NCBI GenBank assembly: GCA_038227875.1
Contig: JBBRPR010000011.1
Location: 96,001-160,000 of the forward strand
Reading direction: 5' to 3'
Length of the DNA stretch: 64,000 bases
From: Planctomycetota bacterium
GTDB lineage: Bacteria; Planctomycetota; SZUA-567; H5-PLA8
Part shown: positions 37,533 to 48,282 of the stretch, piece by piece
How positions within the stretch are numbered: the stretch's first letter is position 1
How the letters are laid out: every line of letters begins with the position of its first letter
Notes under the pieces: generated by a model
What the model was told of the DNA's origin: nothing
Database searches by the model: none
The model's input: the letters and a program-made list of their open reading frames with translations, nothing else
Program-made: the position numbers and the translations under genes

Positions 37533-38660
37533 TTACCGAAACGGGTTCTCGAATTCCATCCGTCTCAACAATTCTTCGGCCGTGCGCCCGATCGGCCCGC
37601 TGGCGTCCAGGCTCCGCGCTTTGATGAAATCCGCGCGCGCCCCCGCCCGTTCGTTGCGCCGCAGCCGCCGCTCTGCGCGGATCAGCAGCGGCACCGGATC
37701 GCGCGGCTGCAGATGCACGAGCACCGTCGCCACACGTTCGGCTTCCAGCGAGCGCTTCTGGTGGTCGAAGAGCGCCAGCAGATTGTTGCACATCCGCGCC
37801 AATATTTCGATCGGCGAGCTGGCTTTGAGATGTTCGTCGGGCACAAACGGCTGGCCGTGGGACTCCACCGTCTGACGGCAATCTTCGACGTTCATCGCAC
37901 GCGCGCCGCGGAACGGATCGATCAGCACGAATTGTTCGCCATCCTTGGTTGCCACTTTTACGCGCACGATAAAATGGCCCGGCATCCCCACCCCATCGAC
38001 AGAAAGAAACAAGCGTCGCGCGACCGCGAGATACAGCACCGACAGCGCGATCGGCAAGCCCGTACGGCGTTCCAGCACGTCGGGAATGTAGCTGTTGCGG
38101 TCGCTGTAGTAGTCTTCGACGTTGCCGTGAAAACCTTCGTCGCGCCAGAATTCGCCGAGCAGCCGGATCACATCGAGCGGCTGCTTGGAGGCCACGATTT
38201 TCGCTTCCTGTTTCTGCGCGCCCAGCTGCCCGCAAATAAACGTGCCGGCCTTCTTCGCCAGAGCATCGATGTCGCGCATCACGCGCTGGACGGGAAGGTT
38301 GGGATACGACAGCCTCGAAAGCAGCACCGCACCGTGTTCAACGGCGTAGTTGCGCTTGTCGCGCAACATCGCCTGGTAGATCTGGCGGCCGATCTCGTCC
38401 GGGACGAGCAGGCGAATCAACGAGCGCGCGGCGGCGGCAGCATTTTCGTGCCGGCTGGCGGCGGCCTTCGACAGCGCCGGCAGCGCGTCGGCGCCCATCA
38501 CCAGAATTTCGCGCGCGATTTCCGCGCGGCGTTCCGTGTCCACGTTCTCGCACATTTCCATCAGCACGTACGCGCGGCATTTGCGGCGGTACATTTCCGC
38601 TTCCGGCGCAGGCAGTTGGCGGGGGTCCGGGCCATGCAAGGGAAGCGGCAGATCGTCCAT
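37533..38660 (-). CDS. SirB1/transglutaminase-like domain protein with C-terminal TPR
   Basis: GFHGNVEDYY...NSYIPDVLERRTGLPIAL, GMPGHF, IDPF, ILARMCNNL. Confidence 0.88.
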   Translation of the reverse strand: MDDLPLPLHGPDPRQLPAPEAEMYRRKCRAYVLMEMCENVDTERRAEIAREILVMGADALPALSKAAASRHENAAAAARSLIRLLVPDEIGRQIYQAMLRDKRNYAVEHGAVLLSRLSYPNLPVQRVMRDIDALAKKAGTFICGQLGAQKQEAKIVASKQPLDVIRLLGEFWRDEGFHGNVEDYYSDRNSYIPDVLERRTGLPIALSVLYLAVARRLFLSVDGVGMPGHFIVRVKVATKDGEQFVLIDPFRGARAMNVEDCRQTVESHGQPFVPDEHLKASSPIEILARMCNNLLALFDHQKRSLEAERVATVLVHLQPRDPVPLLIRAERRLRRNERAGARADFIKARSLDASGPIGRTAEELLRRMEFENPFR

Positions 38661-38920
38661 GGTGACCACTTTCCTTAAAGAGTTGTAAGCTGTCAAGCAC
38701 TACAGATCGCGCCGGAATTATTGTTGCAAAGCGCGTCCGAAAAACGACTCATTCATACACTAGCCGTTGAAACTGCCAGACTTTAATTTCGTGATCACTG
38801 CCGTGACTGTTTCTTTACTTGAAAAGTCTGAAGGTGGTGGAAGATGAGGCGTCTTAACAAACGTAAGCTTTAAAAAATCGCGTCGAACACCATCGTTACT
38901 GTGGATTCGAACAAGGGACT

Positions 38921-39910
38921 ATGGCCGAAGACATTCTCGTCAACGTTTCGAACCTGATTAAAACCTACGGCCCGCTCCGCGCGGTGGACGACCTGACTTT
39001 CCAGGTCCGGCGCGGTGAAATCGTCGGGCTCCTGGGTCCCAACGGCGCCGGCAAGTCCACGACGATGAAGGTGCTCACCTGCTACCTTGTCGCCGATGGT
39101 GGCACCGCTTCCGTCTCCGGCGTCTCGATCGACGTCGACCCCGTCGAAGTCCGCCGCCACATCGGTTACCTCCCCGAAAACGCACCTCTTTATACAGAGA
39201 TGCGCGTGAAGGAGTACTTGGCGTTCGTCGGCAACATCCGCGGTCTCGGCGCGCGCCGCAACCAGCGCATCGATTGGGCCGTCGAAGCCTGCGGTCTCCA
39301 GGCCAAGTATATGTCGCCGATCAGCAATCTCTCGCGCGGCTACCGCCAGCGCGTGGGCCTGGCTCAGGCGGTGCTCCACGATCCGGATCTACTCATCCTC
39401 GACGAACCGACCAGCGGTCTGGATCCCATTCAGCTGATCGAAATCCGCAAGCTGATCATGGAAATTGGCAAGACCAAGACCGTCCTCTTTTCAACTCACG
39501 TGATGCAGGAAGTCGAAGCCGTCTGCAGCCGCGCCATGATCATCAACAAGGGCAAGCTCGTCGCTGACGGCGCGCCCAGCGAACTGAAAGCGAAGATCGG
39601 CCGCGAACAGCGCGTGATCGCGCGCCTGAAAGGCCCGACGGTGGCCGAACTGGAATCCGCCGCGAAGTCGCTTTCTCACGTCTCCGGCGTCAAAGTGCAG
39701 AAGCTCCCCAATAAAGGCGGGAGCAGCGGAGACGGCTGGATGGAATGCAGCCTGCAGAGCCTCAACAACGGCTCCGGCGATCCGGGCGCGAGCGAGCAGC
39801 TATTCACGATCTGCAAAGAGAAAAACTGGTCAGTCCAGGAGATCCGCGTCGAAGCGTTGTCGCTGGAAGACGCATTCCTGAAGGCGACCGGGCACGAAGC
39901 GTTGAAATAA
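38921..39910 (+). CDS. ABC transporter ATP-binding protein (GldA-like)
   Basis: GPNGAGKST, LSRGYRQRVG, LDEPTSGLDP. Confidence 0.93.
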   Translation: MAEDILVNVSNLIKTYGPLRAVDDLTFQVRRGEIVGLLGPNGAGKSTTMKVLTCYLVADGGTASVSGVSIDVDPVEVRRHIGYLPENAPLYTEMRVKEYLAFVGNIRGLGARRNQRIDWAVEACGLQAKYMSPISNLSRGYRQRVGLAQAVLHDPDLLILDEPTSGLDPIQLIEIRKLIMEIGKTKTVLFSTHVMQEVEAVCSRAMIINKGKLVADGAPSELKAKIGREQRVIARLKGPTVAELESAAKSLSHVSGVKVQKLPNKGGSSGDGWMECSLQSLNNGSGDPGASEQLFTICKEKNWSVQEIRVEALSLEDAFLKATGHEALK

Positions 39911-39929
39911 GAGGGATCAACAACCGATC

Positions 39930-40643
39930 ATGAGCGCAACACTCAGTATCACCCGGCGCGAACTGGGGGCGTACTTCAATACGCCCATCGGTTACGTCTT
40001 CATCATTTTTTTCCTGGTGCTCACCTGCTACCTGTACGTGCAGCAGTTGTTCATCAGCAACAGCGCCGACATGCGCGGCTACTTCGCCAATCTCACGTTC
40101 ATGTTCCTCTTCTTCATTCCCGCGATCTCCATGCGCCTGTGGGCCGAAGAACGCAAGCTGGGCACGCTCGAACTGCTGATGACCATGCCGATCAAGACCT
40201 GGCAGGCCGTCCTCGGAAAGTACCTCGCCGGGATGATCGTAATTGCGCTGATGCTGGTGCTCACCCTGCATCTTCCCATCACGCTGGCGGTGATGGGCAA
40301 TCCCGACGCCGGCCCGATCATCGGCGGCTACATCGGCTCGATGATCCTCGGCATGATTTACCTCGCGATCGGCGCGTTTGCCTCCAGCGTCACGTCCGAC
40401 CAGATCGTCGCCTTCATCATCGCGCTCTCGATCAACTTCTTCTTTTACATGCTCGGCATGCTGGCGATGTGGGTGAAGGATTACAGCGCCACGCTGGCGA
40501 ACGTGATTGAACGTTTCGGCGTCGATCCGCATTTCACCAGCATCGCGCGCGGCGTGATCGACACCCGCGACATCATCTACGCGGTCACCGTGTCGGGCCT
40601 GTTTCTGCTGTTGAACATTTTGATCGTCGAACGGCGGCGCTAA
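39930..40643 (+). CDS. ABC-2 permease (GldF-like)
   Basis: RRELGAYFNTPIGY, SMRLWAEERKLGTLELLMTMP. Confidence 0.9.
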   Translation: MSATLSITRRELGAYFNTPIGYVFIIFFLVLTCYLYVQQLFISNSADMRGYFANLTFMFLFFIPAISMRLWAEERKLGTLELLMTMPIKTWQAVLGKYLAGMIVIALMLVLTLHLPITLAVMGNPDAGPIIGGYIGSMILGMIYLAIGAFASSVTSDQIVAFIIALSINFFFYMLGMLAMWVKDYSATLANVIERFGVDPHFTSIARGVIDTRDIIYAVTVSGLFLLLNILIVERRR

Positions 40644-40646
40644 CCC

Positions 40647-42383
40647 ATGGCAACCAATAAAGCTTCCCGGGATTCAATGGTCGTAATCGCGGTGATCGTC
40701 GCCGCGTGCGTGATGATTCTGGCCAATCTGCTGGCCGATAAAAAGTTCGCCCGCATCGACCTGACCAAAGAAGGCCGCTACAGCCTCAGCCAGCCCTTCA
40801 CCAACATCATCGGCCGGCTCGACGACACGCTGCGCGTCACTTACTACGTCAGTGAAAAAGGGCCGGAAGGTTTCGAGCAGATCAAGCGCGACATGCTCGA
40901 CAAGCTCCAGGAAATCGAAACCGCCTCGAAGGGCAAGATCAAGGTCACGGCCATCGATCCGACCAACAACAAGGATCTTCGCGAACGCCTGACCAAAGAG
41001 AACTTCCTGATCGAACTGATGGGCTTCCAGAAGGACCAGAAAACCATGTCGCGCGTCTTCAGCGGCCTGGAAATCACCTATCAGGCCAAGGACAAGATTC
41101 CGATCCCGCAGATCGGCCAGCCGGAAATGCTGGAGTACGCCATCGGCAGCAGCATCGTCGACCTGACCACGACCAAGAAGCCGATCATCGCCGTCTACGC
41201 GCCGCGCGGCGCCGGCGGTGGCCCGATGATGCCCGGCCAGCCTCAGGAAAGCGGCTTCGAGTGGATTTCGCAGGGACAGTGGGATCAGGAGAAGAAGTTC
41301 GACATCAAGCAGGTCGACCTGACCGAAGGCAACACGATTCCGCCCGACACGTCGCTGTTCATGATGTTCCGCCCGCGCGATCTCAACGAGCGCCAGAAAT
41401 ACGAAGTCGCCAGATACCTCGCCGGCGGTGGCAAGATGCTGCTGGCCGCCAGTTCGTTCAACGTCTCCTACGAATTCGGCGCGCGCGTCGAGAAGACGCC
41501 CTCGGGCCTCGAAGACTACCTGAAGGAACTGGGCGTCACGATGGGCCAGGATTTCATCGCCGACAACTCCAGCTTGAAGCTGCCCGTCCGCGACCCGTTC
41601 AACCGCAACAACATCGTGCTGAAAACCTTTCCGCTCTTCATCAACATCCTGCAGGAAAACATCGACCAGGAATCGGTGCTCACCAAGCTGCTGCCCAACA
41701 TGGTGGTTTTAAGCCCCGCCGCCATTGCGCTCGACAACGCCAAGCTCGAAAAGAACAGTCTGAAAGGCACCGTGCTGGCGAAGACCTCCAAGCAGACCTG
41801 GGTCATTCCCTACGCCGACGGCATCGATCTGAACCGCGAAACGGAAGACGACGAAAACCGCAAGTACGACGGCTCCCGCAACGTCTTCGTGATGCTCGAC
41901 GGACAGTTCCCGTTTAACTACGAAGGCAAGCCCGTGCCGGCGTGGGACCATGGCGGCGCGCCACCACCGCCCGATCAGAAAGACAAGAAGGACGAGAACG
42001 CCACCGTCGTCAAGAAACCCGGCTGGTTGGCGATCTTCTCCGGCCCGGAAGCCTTCCAGTCGCTCTACATCAATTCCCGCGACCTGGGTCAGTTCATGCA
42101 GAACAATGTCATGGTCGTGCGCAACATCACCGACAACTTCGGCATGGGCGACGACCTGATCCGCATGCGCACCAAGACTTACGAAGCGCGCACGATCAAG
42201 GCGCTGGGCGGAGCCGAGAACGACGTCAAACGCACTGTCCTGAAAGTGGCGCTGATTGGCGGGACGGCCACCGCCCTGTTCGTCTTCGCTTTGGGCTGGT
42301 TCCTCTTCCGCCGCGCAGCGCAGACGCGCTACGAACGCAGCTTCGCTCAAACCATTGGACCGTCGAGCTTCACCAATGATTAA
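40647..42383 (+). CDS. GldG-family ABC auxiliary component
   Basis: RIDLTKEGRYSLS, YLAGGGK, TM helices at both ends. Confidence 0.85.
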   Translation: MATNKASRDSMVVIAVIVAACVMILANLLADKKFARIDLTKEGRYSLSQPFTNIIGRLDDTLRVTYYVSEKGPEGFEQIKRDMLDKLQEIETASKGKIKVTAIDPTNNKDLRERLTKENFLIELMGFQKDQKTMSRVFSGLEITYQAKDKIPIPQIGQPEMLEYAIGSSIVDLTTTKKPIIAVYAPRGAGGGPMMPGQPQESGFEWISQGQWDQEKKFDIKQVDLTEGNTIPPDTSLFMMFRPRDLNERQKYEVARYLAGGGKMLLAASSFNVSYEFGARVEKTPSGLEDYLKELGVTMGQDFIADNSSLKLPVRDPFNRNNIVLKTFPLFINILQENIDQESVLTKLLPNMVVLSPAAIALDNAKLEKNSLKGTVLAKTSKQTWVIPYADGIDLNRETEDDENRKYDGSRNVFVMLDGQFPFNYEGKPVPAWDHGGAPPPPDQKDKKDENATVVKKPGWLAIFSGPEAFQSLYINSRDLGQFMQNNVMVVRNITDNFGMGDDLIRMRTKTYEARTIKALGGAENDVKRTVLKVALIGGTATALFVFALGWFLFRRAAQTRYERSFAQTIGPSSFTND

Positions 42384-43635
42384 ACCTGGACTGATCTTCC
42401 TTCTCTTCGGCGCGTGCGTACTGCTCACGCTGGGCTTCTTTCTGGTTCAGGGACGCCGCGAGCCGCAGCTTCCCACCGAGCCGGGCAAGCCCATCGTCAA
42501 GCCCTTCGACATCAACTCGCCGCAGACCATCACCATCAAGAAGGGCGACGTCACGATCAAGCTCGAGAAGAAAGACAAGAACTGGATCATGACCAGCCTG
42601 AAGGATCGCGCTGTTAACAACGAGCGCGTGGTCATGCTGCTGAGCAACCTGAACATGGCCAAGATCGAAGACACGCGCGAGGGCAAGGAGACGGCCTTCT
42701 CGCTGGATGAAAAGAACCGCACCGAACTGACCGTCGATCGCGGCACGGAAAAAACCGTCCTCTACCTCGGCAAAACCGTCGAAGGCCTGAAGTGCTTCGT
42801 GCGCCGCGAACCGGCCGGCGAGATTTACGAAGTCGACAAGGCGCTCGATCAGAACTCCGGCGTCCGCGCCGAGAAGACCGACGAACGCCTGCTCGACCCC
42901 GCGTACTTTTTCGATCTGAAAATCCTCGCGATCAATCCTGACGACCTGATTGACATCGTCATCAAGAAAGACCACGACGTCGTCCGCCTGCAGAAAGTCG
43001 TCGCCGGCAAAGGCCCGCTGCAGCCCAAGCAGGAACTCGGCAAGGACGACCCCAAGCCCGTCTGGTGGCTGACCGAACCGGAAGGCTCCGCCGTCGACGA
43101 CGGTGCTGTCAACCGCATCACCTCGCAGCTGAACATCAATGCCAAGAGCTACGCCGACATGGTTCCCGAGAAGGACCGCGGTTTCGACAAGCCCACCGCG
43201 AAAGTAAAAGTGCGTCTCAAAGACGGCAGCGAACACACGCTGGTCTTCGGCAAAGTCGACAACCAGGACGTGATCCTGCAGGTCGAAGGCCGCAGCGATC
43301 CGTACAAGATCGACAAGTACGTCTACGACGCACTGGTCCAGAACGCCGCCGACCTGAAAAAGAAGGACATCGCCGATCCGACCGAGTCCAGCAAACCGCG
43401 CAGCGACGCCCAGCCACCGCACGGCCCGCCCCACGCTCCACCGAACGGTCAGCCCCAGCTCACGCCCGAGCAGATCGAGATGATCAAGAAGCAGATCCAG
43501 GCCCAGCGCCCGTCGATCCCCGCTCCCCCACCCGCCGTCCCCGAGCAGAAACCCGCGCTTCCCCCCGCCGTCGTCAAGCCCGGCGAGGAGCAGAAGAAGG
43601 TCGACATGCCCAAGGGCGATGAGCTTAAGAAGTAG
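42376..43635 (+). CDS. DUF4340-like protein with Pro-rich tail
   Basis: N-terminal TM, two repeated modules (W..., GFDKP, LVFGK), usual position after gldG. Confidence 0.75.
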   Translation: MIKPGLIFLLFGACVLLTLGFFLVQGRREPQLPTEPGKPIVKPFDINSPQTITIKKGDVTIKLEKKDKNWIMTSLKDRAVNNERVVMLLSNLNMAKIEDTREGKETAFSLDEKNRTELTVDRGTEKTVLYLGKTVEGLKCFVRREPAGEIYEVDKALDQNSGVRAEKTDERLLDPAYFFDLKILAINPDDLIDIVIKKDHDVVRLQKVVAGKGPLQPKQELGKDDPKPVWWLTEPEGSAVDDGAVNRITSQLNINAKSYADMVPEKDRGFDKPTAKVKVRLKDGSEHTLVFGKVDNQDVILQVEGRSDPYKIDKYVYDALVQNAADLKKKDIADPTESSKPRSDAQPPHGPPHAPPNGQPQLTPEQIEMIKKQIQAQRPSIPAPPPAVPEQKPALPPAVVKPGEEQKKVDMPKGDELKK

Positions 43636-44070
43636 CGCGCTGACGCGCGAGGGGCGAGGGGCCAGAGATAGGCGCGTGCACGGAAACCATAAACTTAACG
43701 CCGAGGCAACTCAGCGATAAATGTTCCATTGAAATCAAAGGCTAAAAATCGAATTGTCGAATCCAAGTTCGATGATTTCGCAAAATCTGCTGCCTCCTCA
43801 AGCCGGTTAAAAATTCTATAAGGAAGCTGCTGGTCTACAGAGCGGAAAACGGCGCGGCGACTCTGAGCTCGCCCCCCGTTTGTGCCATGTCAACAGGCCG
43901 TGACTAATCCAATTCCAATAAAATAATCCGAACTTTTTGTCGTCCGCAACTCATTTAATTTCAATTACTAACGACCAAATATCAATCTCATATTAGGAAT
44001 CTATTTGGTTTTGTCTTGAACTTCGGTCTATTCATGGCGTATACTCTTAGTATCAGGTTCTCAACCGGAG

Positions 44071-44100
44071 GACCTATTTTATAAGGAGTAGGTTGCCATG
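44071..44100 (+). promoter_or_regulatory. SD-sequestering hairpin, fourU-thermometer-like
   Basis: ACCTATTTT-ATAA-GGAGTAGGT just before the ATG at 44098. Confidence 0.4.
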
Positions 44101-45096
44101 CAACCCCTTCACGAAACTGCGGCTCAGTCCGCGAACAACAGCAACACAGGGGCTCCCGCCGAATCAGCCCCGCAGACACAACCGGTCTTGGAAACCGGAC
44201 CGGAATTGCCGATCCACGCTTCAGCGGCGATCTTCCCGCCGATGCGCGAATCGGAGTTCGAAGCGCTCGTCGCCGACATTCGCGAAAAGGGCCAGCTCGA
44301 AGCCGTCTGGCTCTGGCAAGGCCAGGTCATCGACGGCCGCCACCGCGTGCTCGCATGTCAGAAACTCGGCCTGACGCCGAAAACACGCGAGTGGGATGGG
44401 CAAGGCTCGCTGCTCGAATTCATCGTCTCCGCAAACCTGCGGCGGCGGCACTTGAAGGAGAATCAGCGCGCGATGGTGGCGGCGCGGATGTTGCCGCACT
44501 TCGAAGAGGAAGCATTCCTGCGCAGGAATGTCAAAGGTGTGGTCAAAAGCCAACATGGGGAAAATTTTCCCCATCCTGACCTCGGTCGAGCGAAGGACCA
44601 CGCGGGAAGAGTCCTTAACATTTCCGGTAAGAGTGTGGGCTTTGCTCGCAATCTTCTCGACCACGGCATCCCCGCTCTGATCGCCCGCGTCGACACCGGC
44701 CAACTCGCAGTCTCGACGGCCGCGAAGATCGCCGCGCTTCCGTCGGAGGAACAAACCCGGCTGCTCGCGCTGAGCAAACGCGAGTTGCTACAGGCGTTAC
44801 GGCCGGAGGTTTCCGCGCCACCGGAAACACCACCAGTGCCGCCTGCTCCGCAATGCCTGCGCACCGAAGCTGAAAAGCAGTTCGATTGGGACTTGTTGCG
44901 CAAGTTTGGCCCGGAGGGCGAGGCCACGTTCGACGTATGCGACGATGGCATTCATTTGAGCGTGCCGGAGCGCTGCGCGAAGATCGAACTGATTCGCATT
45001 GTCCAAAACCCTCACTTCCACGAGCTGCTCAAACACGGCCCGCTGGTCTTGCGTTTTCAGGAGATGTGGACCCCGTTGCCAGGCTCATCAACCTGA
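44098..45096 (+). CDS. ParB N-terminal (ParB/Srx) domain protein, orphan
   Basis: LVADIREKGQ, IDGRHR, SANLRRRHL. Confidence 0.8.
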   Translation: MQPLHETAAQSANNSNTGAPAESAPQTQPVLETGPELPIHASAAIFPPMRESEFEALVADIREKGQLEAVWLWQGQVIDGRHRVLACQKLGLTPKTREWDGQGSLLEFIVSANLRRRHLKENQRAMVAARMLPHFEEEAFLRRNVKGVVKSQHGENFPHPDLGRAKDHAGRVLNISGKSVGFARNLLDHGIPALIARVDTGQLAVSTAAKIAALPSEEQTRLLALSKRELLQALRPEVSAPPETPPVPPAPQCLRTEAEKQFDWDLLRKFGPEGEATFDVCDDGIHLSVPERCAKIELIRIVQNPHFHELLKHGPLVLRFQEMWTPLPGSST

Positions 45097-45106
45097 AGTC
45101 ATCGTT

Positions 45107-45142
45107 AAAAAAAAATCCCCCGCAGCATGCGGGGGATTTCTT
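45107..45142. terminator. Rho-independent terminator (strong for ftsK on the - strand) with adjacent heptamer array 45141-45168
   Basis: A9-TCCCCCGC-AGCAT-GCGGGGGA-TTTCTT. Confidence 0.88.
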
Positions 45143-45171
45143 GTTCGCCATTCGACATTCCGTTTTCGACT

Positions 45172-48129
45172 CTATTCCTCGGCTTCGTCCTCGACGTCCT
45201 TCACGCCATCAACGTCGTCCAGCTGCGCGATCAGAGCGGGATTCAGCTCTTCGCCGACTTCCGTGCCGGGGTTCTCAGCGGCGACGCTGGCGGCGACGCT
45301 CGACTGCGGACCCGGGTTGTCCTTGCTGCCCAGCGCGCCGAACGCGGAGCCGTTGTTGTTGGCGCGGACGCGCTTGAACTGATCCCAGCTGTCCTGCGTG
45401 ATCAGCAGCTCGCGGCCCTTGGCGCCGCGATCCGGACCGACAATGCCGCGCGCTTCCATCTGGTCGCAGAGCTTCGCGGCACGGGTATAACCCAGTCCCA
45501 TGCGGCGCTGCAGCAGCGAGGTTGAGGCGCGTTTCATCACCAGGAACACTTCCACGGCTTCGTCGAACTTCTCGTCGAGCTCGATGGCCTGGCGGTTGTT
45601 CTCCGGCGCGTCCTCGTCTTCGCCGCTGCTCAGGACCTGAGCGGCGACGCGTTCGACTTCTTCGCTGTATTCCGGTTCCGCCTGGTCCTTGCAGAACTTC
45701 ACCACGTTGCGGATTTCATCGTCGGCGATGTAGACGCCCTTGGCGCGGGTCAGGTTCGAATTTCCCGCTCCGATGTAGAGCATGTCGCCCTTGCCGGCCA
45801 GCTTGTCGGCGCCGCCCTGATCCAGCACGATGCGGCTGTCGATCTTGCTCTTCACCTGGAAGCAGATGCGGCAGGGCAAGTTGGTCTTGATCAAGCCCGT
45901 GACCACATCGGCGCTCGGACGCTGCGTGGCGAGGATCACGTGAATGCCGGCGGCGCGCGCCTTCTGCGCCAACCGGGCGATGGCCTGTTCGATTTCCTTG
46001 CCGGCGGTCATCATCAGGTCGGCGAATTCGTCGACGATGATCACGATGTACGGCATCGGATCGATGTAGTCGTCGGCATCCGCGCCTTGCGGCAGACGCG
46101 CCAGCCGTTCTTCGCGCGGCATCTTGTTGAACGTCGCGATGTTGCGCACGCCCACGTGGCTCATGCGTTCGTAGCGCTGTTCCATCTTCTGCACAGCCCA
46201 CGTCAGCACGCCGGCGGCCAACTTCATGTCGGTGACGACCGGCGAGAGCAGATGCGGAATGCCCTTGAAGTCCGTCATTTCGACCTGCTTGGGATCGACC
46301 AGGATCAGCTTCACTTCATGCGGCTTGCGCAGGATCATGATGCTCAGGATGATCGAGTTCACGCAGACGGACTTTCCGGAACCGGTCGTTCCGGCGATCA
46401 ACAAGTGCGGCATCGTGGCCAGGTCGGCGACCAGGGGATTGCCGACGGCGTCGCGGCCCAGGATCAACGGCAGCGTCCACTGCTTGCTGCGGAACTGCGG
46501 CGATTCCAGGATCGGGCGCATGCGCACGGTATGGTCTTCGGTGTTGGGAATTTCGATGCCAATCGTGGCCTTGCCCGGAATCGGCGCGATGATGCGCACG
46601 CCGTTTTCGGCCTTCATCGCCATCGCCAGATTGTCCTGCAGGCTGACGACGCGCTGAACCTTGATGCCCGGGTCGAGTTCCAGTTCATACATCGTTACTG
46701 TCGGGCCGCTCTGAATGCCCGCCAGCTTCGCGCCGATCTTGAAGTCCCACAGCGTCTGGATCACCGTCGCGCCGCGGTCCTTCAGCGATTCGCTGGTGAC
46801 CGGCGGCGTGATGTCGTTGGGGATCAGCACGTCGTACTTGGGCAAATCGTAGTTGATCGGCAGCTTGGGCTTGGGCGGCGCTTCGACGGCATCGCCGTCC
46901 TCTTCCGCGCCCTCTTCGGTCTTCGGAGCGTGCTTGGCCGCTTCTTCGGCCATCGCAGCGGCGAACTTCTCCTGATTCTTCGCCTTCTCCTTGTCCTGAA
47001 CCGCGCGCTCTTTCTCAAGCTTCTCCAGAGCCTTGGCTTCCTTGGCGTACTGTTCCTTCTGCTGCTTCTCGCGGGCGAGGCGTTCGTTCTCGGCGGCTTC
47101 GGCTTGGCGTAGAGCTTCCTGGCGGCGGCGTTCGGTTTCGTCGGCGTCGCTGGCGGCCTGGATTTCAGCCTTGGACAGTTTCTTCTCGGCCTTGGCGTTG
47201 TCGATTTCTTCCGTGTTGCGGGCGTTCAGCAGCGGAATCTTGCGCTCGGCCGTTTCGGTCTCCTTCGGAGCCTTCTTCCGTTCGGCGCGTTCAGCCTTCT
47301 CCAGTTTATCGACCTGCGCGGCCAGTTCTTCGGCGGCGATCTCGGCCTTCGAACGGCCGTCGCTGGCACCGCGCGCCTTGGCGGCGGCATTTTCAGCGAA
47401 GACATTCACGCGGCTGACGTTCTCTTCGACCTGCGGCTTGGCCTGCTGACCGCGGAGGCGCAGTATATCGTTGGCCGAGGTGTTGGCGATGCTTCCGGCA
47501 GTTCCGGCCACAGCGGGAGTCATCGTATTCGGCATGCGGCCGATCACCCAATCCGCCACGACATGCGCGGTCGCGGTGATGCCGCGGCCGAGCAGCGACA
47601 GTCCCACTTCCGTTGCACGGGGCGCCATTAGCAGACAGGAGAGCAGGCTGATCAACCCCAGGACCAGGAAGACGCCGACGTTTCCAAAGTAGTTGATGAG
47701 TGTAGGTGCGAGCAGTTGGTTGCCGAGCAATCCGCCAGCTCCGGCGGGATAGTCAGCAACATGCAGCGCAGCCGGGCGGTCCATCGCGCCGCACCAAGCA
47801 CACACCAGCGCGATCACCAGCGCCGCTCCAGCGCAGCGGATGGCGATGTTGGAGATCGACTTGGTGACGCAAATGATGCCGCCAAAGACGACCGCCAGCG
47901 CCATGATCACCCAGGCGCCGACGCCGTACATGCAAAGTGTATAATGAGCCAACCAGGCGCCGATCCACCCCGCCTTGTTTTCAATTTCGCCCGAAGCTCC
48001 GGCGTGATAATCCATCACGTCAAACGGCGAATTCGAATACAGACTGACGAGCAGAAACAGACCTACGCAGACGAGACCCAACCCGGTGACCACAGCCGTG
48101 GACTCGCGGGTGTTTTCGCTGTTCATCAC
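45172..48129 (-). CDS. ftsK: DNA translocase FtsK
   Basis: N-terminal TM domain, PHLLIAGTTGSGKS, IVDEFADLMM, ATQRPS, gamma domain ASTSLLQRR. Confidence 0.97.
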   Translation of the reverse strand: MMNSENTRESTAVVTGLGLVCVGLFLLVSLYSNSPFDVMDYHAGASGEIENKAGWIGAWLAHYTLCMYGVGAWVIMALAVVFGGIICVTKSISNIAIRCAGAALVIALVCAWCGAMDRPAALHVADYPAGAGGLLGNQLLAPTLINYFGNVGVFLVLGLISLLSCLLMAPRATEVGLSLLGRGITATAHVVADWVIGRMPNTMTPAVAGTAGSIANTSANDILRLRGQQAKPQVEENVSRVNVFAENAAAKARGASDGRSKAEIAAEELAAQVDKLEKAERAERKKAPKETETAERKIPLLNARNTEEIDNAKAEKKLSKAEIQAASDADETERRRQEALRQAEAAENERLAREKQQKEQYAKEAKALEKLEKERAVQDKEKAKNQEKFAAAMAEEAAKHAPKTEEGAEEDGDAVEAPPKPKLPINYDLPKYDVLIPNDITPPVTSESLKDRGATVIQTLWDFKIGAKLAGIQSGPTVTMYELELDPGIKVQRVVSLQDNLAMAMKAENGVRIIAPIPGKATIGIEIPNTEDHTVRMRPILESPQFRSKQWTLPLILGRDAVGNPLVADLATMPHLLIAGTTGSGKSVCVNSIILSIMILRKPHEVKLILVDPKQVEMTDFKGIPHLLSPVVTDMKLAAGVLTWAVQKMEQRYERMSHVGVRNIATFNKMPREERLARLPQGADADDYIDPMPYIVIIVDEFADLMMTAGKEIEQAIARLAQKARAAGIHVILATQRPSADVVTGLIKTNLPCRICFQVKSKIDSRIVLDQGGADKLAGKGDMLYIGAGNSNLTRAKGVYIADDEIRNVVKFCKDQAEPEYSEEVERVAAQVLSSGEDEDAPENNRQAIELDEKFDEAVEVFLVMKRASTSLLQRRMGLGYTRAAKLCDQMEARGIVGPDRGAKGRELLITQDSWDQFKRVRANNNGSAFGALGSKDNPGPQSSVAASVAAENPGTEVGEELNPALIAQLDDVDGVKDVEDEAEE

Positions 48130-48282
48130 TCCCCTCCCCCATCATGAAGAAATGACGTACCGCTTGAGCCCGCAGAAAAACTCCCCGCGGACTCCTCTCT
48201 TGAATTGTCAAGACAGCAAGCTCATATCGGCATTTCAAGGTGCAGACGTTAGCGGAATAGAATGGGGGAATCTTCCCCAAGA

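Noticed and set aside
37533..38660. Missing catalytic Cys in the transglutaminase-like protein
   Set aside because: Normal for the SirB1-type family (GxPIxL motif)
38921..43635. Gld-like operon as evidence of gliding motility
   Set aside because: GldA/F/G-like ABC sets with DUF4340 are widespread; no motor or type IX secretion genes are here
44098..45096. Prophage or partition locus around the ParB-N gene
   Set aside because: No integrase, parA, att repeats or other phage genes nearby
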